Assembly (NCBI GenBank): GCA_030390025.1
Contig: CM059429.1
Location: forward strand, 131,936,001-132,000,000
Direction of reading: 5' to 3'
DNA: 64,000 nucleotides
Source: Squalus acanthias
Lineage: Eukaryota
Numbering within the stretch: position 1 is the stretch's first letter; every line of letters begins with the position of its first letter. Under the pieces are notes generated by a model that saw only the letters and a list, made by a program, of their open reading frames with translations, had not been told where the DNA came from and did no database searches. A program made the translations under genes and the position numbers. Of the stretch, positions 12,780-24,765 are shown piece by piece.

Positions 12780-13960
12780 CATCTGGCAGAGTATCTCGTC
12801 CTGGAACCTACCACACTCTGAAACTTGAATCTTACAGAGGAAATGTCCTGTGAAATTTCCATTTGGGATTCTTCCATATTAATCAGGATTCCAGAATGTC
12901 TAAAAGTGGAGACATACAGTTGGACAGCTCTCTTGGCTCCTTTCAGAGAATAAACTATAACAACCCACTCATTTGGAAAGGTACACAAGAGTTCCCTCAG
13001 ATGGAGGCACTGCAGCTATCACACAGAGACTCTATGGAAAGACTTCAGGATCCAAGGCCTGACCAAAAATATGCAACAACTTGTATTTATATAGCACCTT
13101 TAATGTAGTAAAACATCCCAAGGCGCTTCACAGGACCGATTATCAAACAAAATTTGATACCAAGCCACATAAGGAGATATTAAAGAAAGAAAGGACAGAC
13201 TTGGTCAAAGAGGTAGGCTCTAAGGAGCGTCTTAAAGGGAGAGAGACAGAGAGGTTTAGGGAGGGCATTCCAGAGCTTAGGGTCTAAGCAGCTGAAGGCA
13301 CGGCCACCAATGGTGGAGCGAAGAAAATCGGGGATGCGCAAGAGGCCAGAATTGGGGCAGTGCAGCGATCTCAGAGGGCTGGAGGAGGTTACAGTGATAG
13401 GGAGGGGCAAGGCCCTGGAAAGATTTGCAAATAAGAATGAGAATTTTAAAATTGAGGAGTTGCCGGACCGGCAGCCAATGTAGGTCAGTAAGCACAGGGA
13501 TGATGGGTGAACGGAATTTGCTGCAAGATAGGATATGGGTAGCAGAGTTTTGGATGAGCTCAAGTTTATGGAGGGTGTAAAGTGGGAGGCTGGCCAGGAG
13601 TGCATTGGAATAGTTGAGTCTGGAGATAACAAAGGCATGGATGAGGGGGTTCAGCAGCAGATAAGCTGAGGCAGGGGCAGAAACAGGCGATGTTACGGAG
13701 TTGGAAATAGGTGGTCTTCGTAATGGAGAGGATATGGGGTCTGGCTTCTGTAGCCACCATCTATTTTTGTGGGTCTCTATGATGGCTATGTGGAAGTATG
13801 TATCTTTTAGATTCATGCCTCGTAGCTCCTTGGGAATACTGTCAGAATAACTGTAGGTAGCATAAATTTGCTGAAATTCCCCTTTTTTTGCGAACTTTAT
13901 TCACGTTTCTGAGGTCAATGAGAGGCCAGAGGTCTACTAATGTTTGGAGGAAGAGTAAAT
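12780..13960 (-). mobile_element. Decayed DIRS-type retrotransposon RT relic, split by an L2 insertion
   Basis: Minus-strand peptides LWPLIDLRNVNK, MNLKDTYFHIAI, FGQALDPEVF and NEWVVI...SGILINMEESQMEISQDIS are colinear with DIRS RT motifs LRPILDLRxLNK, DLKDAYFHIPI, PFGLSLAPRVF and DDWLI...GLRVNLEKSxLxPSQxI. Confidence 0.65.
13073..13745 (-). mobile_element. L2-type LINE 3' fragment
   Basis: LIHAFVISRLNYSNALLASLP...LHWLPV...TIGGRAFS...LWNALP; (CAA)n tail at ~13073. Confidence 0.9.
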
Positions 13961-14169
13961 AGGAGATACATGTTCTGTTCCTGGCTTTATGGCAGTTCTT
14001 CTAGAGCTTTGATGAAAAGGTCTACTGTATATATTAATATGTTACATTTTGGAAAGGAATATCTAGGAACAACCTTCATGTTCTGTTGGCATACTTGATC
14101 TCTACAGAACTGTCTGCATAAGTGGATTAGTTCTATAAATTTAAGCTTGTATACCCAGGAACAATAAGC

Positions 14170-14310
14170 TTGGTTTAGAGGGCAGCACTCTTCTTTCTGG
14201 GTCAGGGTGTTCAATGCTGAAATCACACACCAGGACTTGAGCACATAATCTTGGCCGACACTTCAATGCAGTATTGAGGGAGCATTGGAGGTGCTGTCTT
14301 TCAGATAAAA
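14170..14310 (+). mobile_element. Degenerate Deu-SINE head fragment
   Basis: gacttgagcacataatc...gacacttcaatgcagtattgagggag matches the SINE head at 51760-51917. Confidence 0.55.
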
Positions 14311-14594
14311 TGCAACACTAAATAAAACTGTAAAGGAAAAATGGGTTGGTAAGCAGCAAGGATGAGAATAAATGGGCTGAAGAGTCTTTATTTAAACATA
14401 TTTTGTGACCATATCTTCAGCTAGTTTCAGTGTCTGACTCTGGCACCTATAAGGTCTTCACTTTATTATAAGGTTAACATAATTGTGTTTGCAGAACAAC
14501 AATGTGCAGAGTTAATGAGACAAATGGCCAGCTTCTGTGCTGTTATATTCTATGACATGTTCTTAATATTACCAGCATATTCAACTACATAACC

Positions 14595-14982
14595 TCCTAA
14601 TGGCTCAGCAGGTGGCTGAGACATACAGAACAGGAAGATCCCAGAATTTATCCCCAATCTATGGTGAGAGAGGTTACCTCAGCCAGAGTGGCAGGGGCTT
14701 TACAATTGGACTCAGGACCTCAGCATTCCAGGAAGTGAAAACAAGAGAGTTCTCGCTCTTGATCACTAACAAGTGACCCCTGCTTTAAATGTGCATGTCT
14801 GGACATCGGGTAAGGGTAGGATCAGGCTTGACTGTGATGCCAGAAGGGCCACTCACACTCACCATCAAGGCCCATGCATCAATAATGGCCACTTCAATGC
14901 AGTACAGAAGGGCAACTGACACTGTGGAACTGGCCCGCAGAAAGGAGTCAATGTCTTCAGGAGAGTAAGGGAAAAAATTAGC
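14595..14982 (+). mobile_element. LF-SINE-like element
   Basis: Colinear with the remembered LF-SINE consensus: tggctcag...caggaagatccc...tacaattgg...agtgacccctgct...ggacatcggg...aatggccactt...cttcaggagag. Confidence 0.75.
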
Positions 14983-15576
14983 AAGAACAAAATAGATTTA
15001 CATACATATGACATATCATTCCACAACTCAGCAGTGAAATACATGAGCTATTATCACACCTTTGGATATCCACTCTTGAGCCAAGTATTAGGTGGGGATT
15101 GACGCACTCCAAGTTTCCCTACCTCACTAATCAGAGAGATTTTAAATTTCTCTGGAGTAGCTAATGGTTCCATTATATGAACTCTGACAACTTCAATTAA
15201 CAATGGAGCACTCAAGTAGGGATAAGAATAAATCCAGGTCAACACTATAAAATAATTTAAAGGATTGCAGCCATTCCAGATAGTGGTTAAAGTTGTGGCA
15301 ATGATGTGAGGATAAGGATTACGTCTAGCTGAGGGACTAGGTTAGTACATTGGAAACTGACCTAAAATCAATTGAAGGTGTTTACTTATTCTAATTAAAA
15401 ATCTATGGCTGATCTTCACTGGTCTGTTTCTACCATAGTCTACGTCCTTATTGGTAAAGACCTAATTGTCTAACTTATCCAGCAGGCCCATCATCAGTCA
15501 AGCTGTCTTCGAACGGAGCAGGATCAACATCTTTCCACTCTGGCATACTGACCTAATGTTCAAACCTAAACGTAAA

Positions 15577-16030
15577 GGCCTAGAAATCAGTCCGCGCAGC
15601 GCCCATTTTTTGGGCACTACTCGGACTACTAAGGTCCCAACATGGTGGCCAGAAAGCGTGCGCACATTTCTGGCATGAAGTGCGCTGTCCGCCATATTGG
15701 GCAAGGACAAACAAGAGGCATCCTTTACCCATGCCTGAAGCAGGCATTAGGCTCTTTACGTATGTAAATAAGGGGCCTAATGCCTGTTTGAGGTCCCCCT
15801 CTCCAAGACTGGTGTGCCCCGTGGCGAGCTACACTCAGGGAAACTAGCCCTAGGGATCGCCTGCAAAAAAAGGTAACGTAACCTGAATGTGTAGCCAGGA
15901 GGACCAGAGGTGCTCCTCCCGATCCCACGTTAAAAGAACCAGTTCCGGCCGCACTTCCCACCACCCCCCTTCGTGGTCCCTCCCGATCCTCGGTTTCCAC
16001 TGCTCCAAACCCAACCCCACCCTGCACCCA
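15577..16030. mobile_element. Truncated Harbinger-like MITE (one terminus)
   Basis: Starts GGCCTAGAAAT with a CpG-rich body like the other MITEs; no second TIR seen. Confidence 0.45.
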
Positions 16031-16982
16031 AAATGGACATAAAGTTTGTTACTGACTGGGGCTTAAGTGGTAGCTCATAATGATCTTTATATTAATGGAA
16101 GAACCCCCACCTATATAAGTCATCTCACTGGGTCTTTTCAGCACAGGAATCAACATGGCAGGTTCTCATGGGGTTGCTTTTACACCCATAAAAATAACTC
16201 CTCTCCATTTTTTTTAAAAAATTATAAATAATTCTCCCCATGGTAATGTCCCCCTTTAACGTCATTGAAAATATAAACAAATTACAGCAGTTAATCATCA
16301 CTTAATGAAAACCATGCAGCATAATTCAAAACACATTAATTGAAACTACACAAATCAGTCAAATGTTGAAAGTACATTACCAGAGATCTTTTACTCATAT
16401 GAAAGATAGTGAAAACCTAAATGATTTCTGAGTCTTTCACATGAGTGAAAGAAAATGCAGAATACATTGAGACTAGTGTGATACTCCATAAATAAATGAT
16501 TTGCTGCAAGAAAATCTGAGTGAGTGCACATGCCGGAGCCATAAATCAAGTCAGAGGAAGTTTGAGTGTGAGCAGCACTGAACAAATATACGTTAGGAAA
16601 GAGTCAGAAAATCTCCGTTAAGTTGGGTAGCTCCTAAAAAGCAAGTGACAGAGGCATTTATTGCTGATGGAACTTTAAAATAGAGTGTTCAGTTTACATG
16701 CTGCTAAATAATGTCAGCATTACACATCCAAGTTAAATTGTTACACACATCTGAAGCTTCCAAAATTTAACACGAAGAAAGATGAGTCATGTTGGGGTAT
16801 GGTTTCATACAGCATCAAAGAATTGTGCAGCCCATCATGTCTGCGTCTCTTTGAAGAGCTACCCAATTAGTCCCACTCCCCTGCTCTTTCTCCATAGACC
16901 TGCAATTTTTTTCCTTTGCAATTATATATCCAATTCCTTTTTGAAAGTTACTGCTAAATCTGCTTTCCACTACCCTTTCAGG

Positions 16983-17330
16983 CAAAAGCAAAATACTGCA
17001 GATGCTGGAAATCTGAAATAAAAACAGAAATTGTTGGAACTACTCAGCAGATCAGGCAGCACCTGCGGAGAGAGAAACAGAGTTAACATTTCAGGTCGAT
17101 GACCTTTAGAGCTATAACAGGTTTTAAGCAAGTGCAGAGGCAGGGGAAGAAGGGACGGGAGGAAAGAACTAAAGGGAAAGTCTCTGGTGGAAGGCAGGAG
17201 AGATTAAAAGACAAAAGGGATGATGGTGCGAGGCAAAAGGAGATGGTAATGGGACAAGTAAAGAAACAAAAGATGGGTCGAGAAGAGGGGTAAATGGGAA
17301 TAGCAGAATCATCAACAGCTCCCAAAAGGC
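16983..17330 (-). mobile_element. Penelope-derived 3' UTR/pseudo-LTR fragment inserted in an old CR1 3' end (~16830-17480)
   Basis: Carries the caaaatactgcagatgctggaaatctgaaataaaaacagaaa terminus shared with other copies; the hammerhead CTGA core is missing. Confidence 0.7.
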
Positions 17331-17499
17331 AGCTCTATATACCATTTCAGGCAGTGCATTCCAGATCATAACAACTCGCGGCGTAAAAAAATTCTCATCC
17401 CCCCCCCACCCCCTCCAGTTCTTTTGTAAATTAACTTAAATCTGTGACCTCTGGTTACTGACCAACTTTCCAGTGGAGGATTGGTATGTATCAACCACT

Positions 17500-17790
17500 T
17501 TCTACCATCTCATCCAAGTAGCCATTCTTCACATACGAGTTTCTTCCATTCAAAAATGAAGACTGATATGGCATTCCATCATAGCCGAGCCATATTATGT
17601 CCTCACTCTACACCCACACACGTGCACTAGATAGTAATCAGTATCGAGAACCCTGGAAGGTTTTTCTTCTCCCTAGCCCAGCAACACTTAGACCTAAGCA
17701 GCACCCAATCAACCCAGCTAAAATCAGGCAACTCCACCAAAATTAGGGATTAAATTTCAGACCTTCCTTACCTGTAAAGCTCATCTCCCA
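17500..17790 (-). mobile_element. LF-SINE-like element, degenerate
   Basis: Reverse complement contains gaaggtc, gggctagggagaag, gtgaggacat, ggctcggctatgatg and tgaagaatggctacttgg. Confidence 0.55.
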
Positions 17791-18175
17791 CACTGACCAG
17801 TGGATCCAACTACTTGACCCATAAATCAATTTTATTTGAAAAATTGCATCTCATGTCTGCTCATAAATTCTTTGAATCTGTTTACAGAAAAATTATGTTT
17901 TTAATGTTAAAGCATTTTTGTTTGGCTTTTCTATTGTTATTTAAGAAGTGCCACTTGTAAGCAACTACTGACAAATTAACATTTTACGGAGTAAGAAAAT
18001 ATTGTGACAGTATTCAGTTTATATGACGTCAGAAATGCCAAATTTATTTGTATGATTTGAATTGAAGTGCTCCCCAGCAACGCGAGCCACGAGTCAGGGT
18101 GCGCGCGAAGAGAGCACTGGGTGCACGCGACACAGGAATGCTACACCCGCTACCGATGGTTTCGATCCCTGTGCG

Positions 18176-19238
18176 CATGCCCCCGGGGAGCGTTCCAATC
18201 CCCGTGGCCCATGCCCCAAGGGAGCGTTCCAATCCCCGTGGCCCATGCCCCCGGGGAGCGTTCCAATCCCCGTGGCCCATGCCCCCGGGGAGCGTTCCAA
18301 TCCCCGTGGCCCATGCCCCCGGGGAGTGTTCCAATCTCCTTGGCCCATGCCCCCGGGGAGCGTTCCAATCCCCGTGGCCCATGCCCCCGGGAAGCGTTCC
18401 AATCCCCGTGGCCCATGCCCCCGGGGAGCGTTCCCAAGCCCCCGGGGAGCATTCCAATCCCCTTGGCCCATGTCCCCGGGGAGCGCTCCAATCCCCTTGG
18501 CCCATGCCCCCCGGGGAGTGTTCCAATCCCCGTGGCCCATGCCCCCCGGGGAGCGTTCCAATCCCCTTGGCCCATGCCCCCCGGGGAGCGTTCCAATCCC
18601 CGTGGCCCATGCCCCCCGGGGAGTGTTCCAATCCCCGTGGCCCATGCCCCCTGGGGAGTGTTCCAATCCCCGTGGCCCATGCCCCCCGGGGAGTGTTCCA
18701 ATCCCCGTGGCCCATGCCCCCCGGGGAGAGTTCCAATCCCCGTGGCCCATGCCCCCCGGGGAGAGTTCCAATCCCCGTGGCCCATGCCCCCGGGGAGCGT
18801 TCCAATCCCCGTGGCCCATGCCCCCGGGGAGCGTTCCCATGCCCCCGGGGAGCGTTCCAATCCCTGTGGCCCATGCCCCCGGGGAGCGTTCCAATCCCCG
18901 TGGCCCATGCCCCCGGGGAGCGTTCCAATCCCCGTGGCCCATGCCCCCGGGGAGCGTTCCAATCACCGTGGCCTATGCCCCCGGGGAGCGTTCCAATCCC
19001 CGTGGCCCATGCCCCCGGGGAGCGTTCCAATCCCTGTGGCCCATGCCCCCGGGGAGCGTTCCAATCCCCGTGGCCCATGCCCCCGGGGAGCATTCCAATC
19101 CCCGTGGCCCATGCCCCCGGGGAGCGTTCCAATCCCCGTGGTCCATGCCCCTGGGGAGCGTTCCAATCCCTGTGGCCTATGCCCCCGGGGAGCGTTCCCA
19201 TGCCCCCGGGGAGCGTTCCAATCCCTGTGGCCCATGCC
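18176..19238. repeat. GC-rich minisatellite, 34-bp unit GCCCATGCCCCCGGGGAGCGTTCCAATCCCCGTG (35- and 21-bp variants), ~32 units
   Basis: Directly visible. It accounts for all the overlapping ORFs at 18044-19459. Confidence 0.97.
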
Positions 19239-21012
19239 GAGGTGCACTGCCATGCATTGACCAATCGGAGTACTACCATGCTGTTCAATTATTGCCCAGC
19301 ATCATTGCGTCATTCCTTGAGGAAAAAAAACACGAGATTTCTCTGTTGAATCGCGAGATATCAAGTTGGGCTAAACTTTCATTAAAAATCGCGTGTCTCG
19401 CGATTAATTCACGAGAATTGGCATTACTGAAAGAGCGTGAAGTGTGCTTCAAGGGCTGAAAGCATCATCAGGAGTGAGGTAATGCGAGTGGGAACTGCCA
19501 CTCGTTCAGAGATGAAAGGAGACACTGTGAATGTCGGGAATGTGAATCAAAAATGGTAGAAATACATAACTATACTAACCAGGAGCTCACCACGTTGGAC
19601 TGTTTCAGGAACTCCTTGGCGGCTTTCTGCAGCTTCGGAGCACGTGGTATGAAGCGCTCAGGAAATACTGAGCATGCGCAGCAGGTTAGTGATCATTCCA
19701 TAGTATTACTTCGTTCATTGAAGACGGCACAGGCAGCTCTTGGTGCAGTGATGGGAATAGTAAACAGCCTATAGGGCAGACAGTGAGCTGCGGAGCAGGA
19801 CTGTAGCTGTCACTCCAGGGACAGGCCTGTGTACCGAGCCCACAGCAACTTGAGCCCAAATATCACCCGTCAGACCCCACATCAATATCATTAGCACCGT
19901 CGCAAGCCTCGCTGAGTCTTTGAAAAACTGGGCATTACATAGTCTTAACTTTTATTTAGAAAACAATAATTTCGCACGTACACGATACTGAAAAATCACC
20001 CACCTGAAACTCAAGAGGAGCACCCAAACATAGCAGCATGGTGATAACAGGTAGGGTTTTTTGTAAAGCATTTTCAGATGCAGTAATATCGTTTTTGTAA
20101 AGAGCTGTGACCTGCTAGAGATTAAATAAAGCTACTAATGAGGTTTATAAACCAACTGTCAATCAATATTGGTTTATGTTTGAAAAAAAATAGCAACTCA
20201 CGATTTCTATACCAAATCAAATGATTTTTAAGAGTTTGTCTCCTGATTTATGCGGCAGTGGGGTTGGCAATACTGATCTTAACACCTCCTGTATTAATGA
20301 CTCAAATTCCCACTTAACTGGTAAATAAAGTTTCCTACGGGAGAAGAGTTAAAAACTATATTCACAAGTTGTTGATAGTTTGGAACCTTTCTAAAACTAA
20401 AATGAAGCCTGTGCTAGAGAAACAGACTTTGGCTTAAAGCTAAAGAGCTTGGCTCCAGAATCAACTATATCATGCAGTCTGTCTAGCTACTTTGGAACAA
20501 ATCTCTCATTAGTTTAGTTCCAATTATATAAATATACATATATTTATATATACATATACACATAAGCATAGCCCATCTTACTACTGTAACTAAAACCAAG
20601 AATCTGAAGCTCTCATCTCCATGGTATATGTGATTGTTTATCCGCACTATAAATCTTAGCACCTCCCTTTACTACTCTTTAGGCATTCTTCTATTACAAA
20701 GATCCACGCAAGCATGGTGAACGCCAAGTCTAAACTGACAGTTTTAACCTTCAGGTTTTAACTTATTTAAGCCAATTCAGTAATTCTTTATTTTGCTCCT
20801 GAAGTTAGAATTGACTGTTGCCCTGGTTTGCCTGATTGGAAAGATTTACTGCCTACAACACCAGCAGCACATACAGATAATTAGATACAACCATGTGAGT
20901 GAACAAATGGCAATTTTTTCAGAAATGGTACTTACCTACTGAAGTGTCATATCTGTGACTTTTCCACTTATTTTGCTCACTGAGAAGACAACTCCAATAA
21001 ATAACATATATA

Positions 21013-21180
21013 GCCATTATCTCGTTGCTGTTTGTGGGAACTTGCTGTGTGCAAATTGGCTGCCACGCTTCCTACATTACAACAGTGACTACACTTCAAA
21101 ATTACTTCATTGGCTGTAAAGCGCTTTGGGACGTCTTGAGGTCATGAAAGGTATTATATAAATGCAAGTCTTTCTTTTCT
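21013..21180 (+). mobile_element. Deu-SINE 3' fragment
   Basis: ttgctgtttgtgggaacttgctgtg...aaagcgctttgggacgtc...aatgcaagtctttc. Confidence 0.75.
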
Positions 21181-21280
21181 TTATGGGATGAAAACAACTT
21201 ACTTTAGTCATTTCAAGATCTCATTGTGCAAACTGAAGCATATTCATTTAGTCTATTTTTCAAATTGAGGAACGTAAAAT

Positions 21281-21427
21281 CAATGTTCCCTCTAATGGGA
21301 AAGGTCTCGTGCAGGCCGCTCACCGGCTTTTACATTGTAAATACCGCGCATGCACAGCAATTTAAAGGGACCGCGCATTAAAAGAAACAGGCCGCGCAGA
21401 ACAAAACGCAGCTTACAGGGAACATTG
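21281..21427. mobile_element. hAT-like MITE (147 bp)
   Basis: TIRs CAATGTTCCCT / AGGGAACATTG; flanking 8-mers CGTAAAAT / CTTACAAT (6/8); second copy at 40483. Confidence 0.75.
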
Positions 21428-21479
21428 CTTACAATGAAGAGCCAGGGCCATTAGTGTAAGGCACTACCAAAGGTGAAAA

Positions 21480-21810
21480 CAAACTGTATTTACATAGCAC
21501 CTTTAACATAGAGAACATCCCAAGGTACTTCAGATAGGCATAAGCAAAAATGAACACTGAGCCAGGAAGGGAGCACTGAGGAGAGATGACCAAAAGTGTG
21601 ATCGAACATGTGGGTTTTTGAAAGTTTTTTTTGAAGGAGAGGGAAGTAGAGGCAGAGAGATTGTAGGGCGGCAATTCCAGATAGCGGAAGGATCCGCCAT
21701 CAATAGTGGATTGAAGGGAGAGAGGGATGCATAAAAGGCCAGACAGAGGAATGGAGAGTTCAGGAATATAGGGCCAGAAGAAATTACAGAAATAGGGAGG
21801 GTGAGAAGAG
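21480..21810 (-). mobile_element. Old L2 3' fragment
   Basis: Degenerate match to the L2 at 13073-13400. Confidence 0.6.
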
Positions 21811-22170
21811 ACTAGGAGAAAACAAGGTAAATCAAGTGATGTCAAGCATAGATTTTGAAAGCCTGCTTATTATAGGAGGACGGGAAGGTTCAAGGGACAT
21901 TAGGTGTTCCACAGTGTTTACTAACTTGCACCAGTGGAACAGGGACATTCCAAATAATTAATTTTGATTACAAATGCTGAATCTGAGATCACCTACATTT
22001 ATACTAAGAGTGCCTAATGAATTTGAAGTGCAAAACTGCACAGGATTCACAGCACCACAAACACAACCCATTACAGTATTACACTGAGTAACCTGTTCCA
22101 TGAGCTGGTGTGAATTTGGCCCTGCTCAAAGGTATTGACTCCAAAGTCACACCAACATAAAACCAATAGC

Positions 22171-24050
22171 GAAGAGGAGGCATGAAAAAACACTGGCGGG
22201 CAAAATAAAGGAAAATCCCAAGGTGTTTTATAAGTATATTAAAGGCAAGAGGATAACCAGGGAAAGAGTAGGGCCCATTAGGGACCAAAGTGGCAATGTG
22301 TGTGTAGAGCCGGAAGATGTAGGTGAGGTTTTAAATGAATATTTTGCATCTGTGTTCAGTATGGAGAAGGACGATGTAGGCATAGAAATCAGGCAGGGGG
22401 ATTGTGATATACTTGAACAAATTAGTATTGAGAGGGAGGAGGTACTAGCGGTTTTAGCGGGCTTAAAAGGGGATAAATCCCCAAGCCCAGACAAGATGTA
22501 TCCCAGGCTGCTGTGTGAGGCAAGGGAGGAGATTGCAGGGGCTCTGACACAAATTTTCAGAACCTCTCTGGCCACAGGGGAGGTGCCAGAGGACTGGAGG
22601 ACAGCTAACGTAGTACCATTATTCAAGAAGGGTAGTAGGGATAAACCAGGAAATTACAGGCCAGTGAGCCTAACATCAGTGGTAGGGAAATTATTGGAAA
22701 AAATTCTGAGGGACAGAATTAGTCTCCACTTGGAGAGGCAAGGATTAATCAAGGATAGTCAGCATGGCTTTGTCAGGGGGAGATCACGTCTAACCAATTT
22801 GATTGAATTTTTCGAGGGGGTGACTAGGTGTGTGGATGAGGGGTAGTGCAGTTGATGTGGTCTACATGGACTTCAGTAAGGCTTTTGACAAAGTCCCGCA
22901 TGGAAGACTGGTCAAGAAGGTAAGAGCCCATGGGATCCAGGGCAACTTGGCACATTGGATCCAAAATTGGCTTAGTGGCAGGAGGCAGAGGGTGATGGTC
23001 GAAGGTTGTTTTTGTGACTGGAAGCCTGCGTCCAGTGGTGTACCGCAGGGATCAGTGCTTGGTCCTTTGCTGTTTGTAGTGTACATTAATGATTTAGATA
23101 TGAATGTAGGAGGTATGATCAGTAAGTTCGCAGATGACACGAAAATTGGTGGAGTGGTAACTAGCGAGGAGGGAAGCCTCAGGCTACAGGATGATATAGA
23201 CGGGTTGGTCAGATGGGCAGAACAGTGGCAAATGGAATTTAACCCTGAAAAGTGTGAGGTGATGCATTTTGGGAGGACTAACAAGGCAAGGGAATACACA
23301 ATGAATGGTAGGACCCTAGGAAGGACAGAGGATCAGAGGGACCTTGGTGTGCATGTACATAGATCCCTGAAGGCAGCAGGACAGGTAGATAAGGTGGTTA
23401 AAAAGGCATATGGGATACTTGCCTTCATTAGCTGAGGCATAGAATATAAGAGCAGGCAGGTTATGACGGAGCTGTACAAAACGCTAGTTAGGCCACAGTT
23501 GGAATACTGTGTGCAGTTCTGGTCGCCACACTATAGGAAGGATGTGATTGCATTGGAGAGGGTGCAGAGGAGATTCACCAGCATGTTACCTGGGCTGCAG
23601 CGCTTCAGCTATGAAGAGAGACTGGACAGGCTGGGGTTGTTTTCCTTAGAGCAGAGAAGGCTGAGGGGGGACCTGATTGAGGTGTACAAAATTATGAGGG
23701 GCATAGATAGGGTAGATAGAAAGGAACTTTTCCCCTTAGTAGAGGGGTCAATAACCAGGGGGCATAGTTTCAAGGGAAGGGGCAGGAGGTTTAGAGGGGA
23801 TTTGAGGAAAAACTTTTTCACCCAGAGGGTGGTTGGAATCTGGAACTCACTGCCTGAAAGGGTGGTAGAGGCAGGAACCCTCACAACATTCAAGAAGCAT
23901 TTAGATGAGCACTTGAAATGCCATAGCATACAAGGCTACGGAGCAAGTGCTGGAAAATGGGATTAGAATAGACAGGGCTTGATGGCCGGCGCAGACACGA
24001 TGGGCCGAAGGGCCTCTTTCTGTGCTGTATAACTCTATGATTATGACTCT
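22171..24050 (+). mobile_element. CR1 LINE (family A), 5'-truncated RT portion with frameshift and stop
   Basis: ORF pieces 22223-23966 (PGNYRPVSLTSVVGK, YMDFSKAFDKV, GVPQGSVLGP, KFADDTK); ctatga-type tail; possible AATAGC TSD at 22165-22170 and 24051-24056. Confidence 0.95.
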
Positions 24051-24161
24051 AATAGCTGAATAGATGTACCAAAGCAATTCTCAATTCAAGACTATATATT
24101 CCAGCAAAGATTACATTCCAAAGTTTTATTTTGTATTTTATCAAATAAAATTGTGGTTTTA

Positions 24162-24765
24162 CAGGAAACTCTTTGGTATCCGGCACCTACGGGACCGGCG
24201 TGGTGCCGGTTGATCAAAAGTTCCGGATAACGGAGAGTTATATCTACCGAGGCTATTTTTAACAAACAAAAATAAAAAAATAAAGAAATGTGCAGTATAC
24301 AGTATTTGGGTACTCCCCTACAGAATGTTGTGTTAAATGGATGGTGGAAGATGCTTGATTAAGTACAGTACTGCCAGTTGAGGGTAATCCATAACTCTTT
24401 AATTACTTAACAGTAAAACAAAACTTACACACAGTAAAATGGCCGATCAGAAGAGACTCCCGGCAGCGCGGGAGAATCAGACTCCTGTTACTGCAGTGTT
24501 CGGACTTCTGACAGCGCCAGGAGGCCGAGTAGTGGCACTTTGGAGAACTACCCCCACTGACTAACTCGGCGTTCGCGGGAGACTCGGACTCGGACTCGGC
24601 AACATTGCCGGTTATTTGAGAGGAGTTTTCGGAGTACTCGGCGTTCGCGGGAGACTCGGACTCGGCAACATTGCCGGTTATTTGAGAGGAGTTTTCGGAG
24701 TATGATTTTTGCCGGTTAAGAGAGAATTCCGGATATTTAGGTGCCGGTTAAACAAGAGTTTCCTG
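24162..24765. mobile_element. Tc1/mariner-pogo (Tigger-like) MITE
   Basis: TIRs CAGGAAACTCTT / AAGAGTTTCCTG flanked by TA on both sides; subterminal ccggtt/ccggat repeats; internal ~70-bp tandem duplication at ~24565-24701. Confidence 0.85.

Noticed and set aside
18176-19238. CRISPR-like array (repeat length ~34 bp)
   Set aside because: Units are contiguous with no unique spacers, there are no cas genes, and the context is vertebrate.
18044-19459. Overlapping long ORFs (270-465 aa) on both strands
   Set aside because: Produced by a stop-free 34-bp tandem repeat; the unit is not a multiple of 3 and there is no splice or homology support.
19592-19668. Minus-strand exon-like segment FPERFIPRAPKLQKAAKEFLKQSNV, potentially joining the exon-like segment near 10540-10677
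   Set aside because: Weak polypyrimidine tract, no recognised homology, and the chain does not rejoin SRPX exon 2 in frame.
22228-23929. Antisense ORFs over CR1 copies (also 42897-46502 and 49856-50219)
   Set aside because: Shadow frames of CR1 coding sequence, repeated in each copy.
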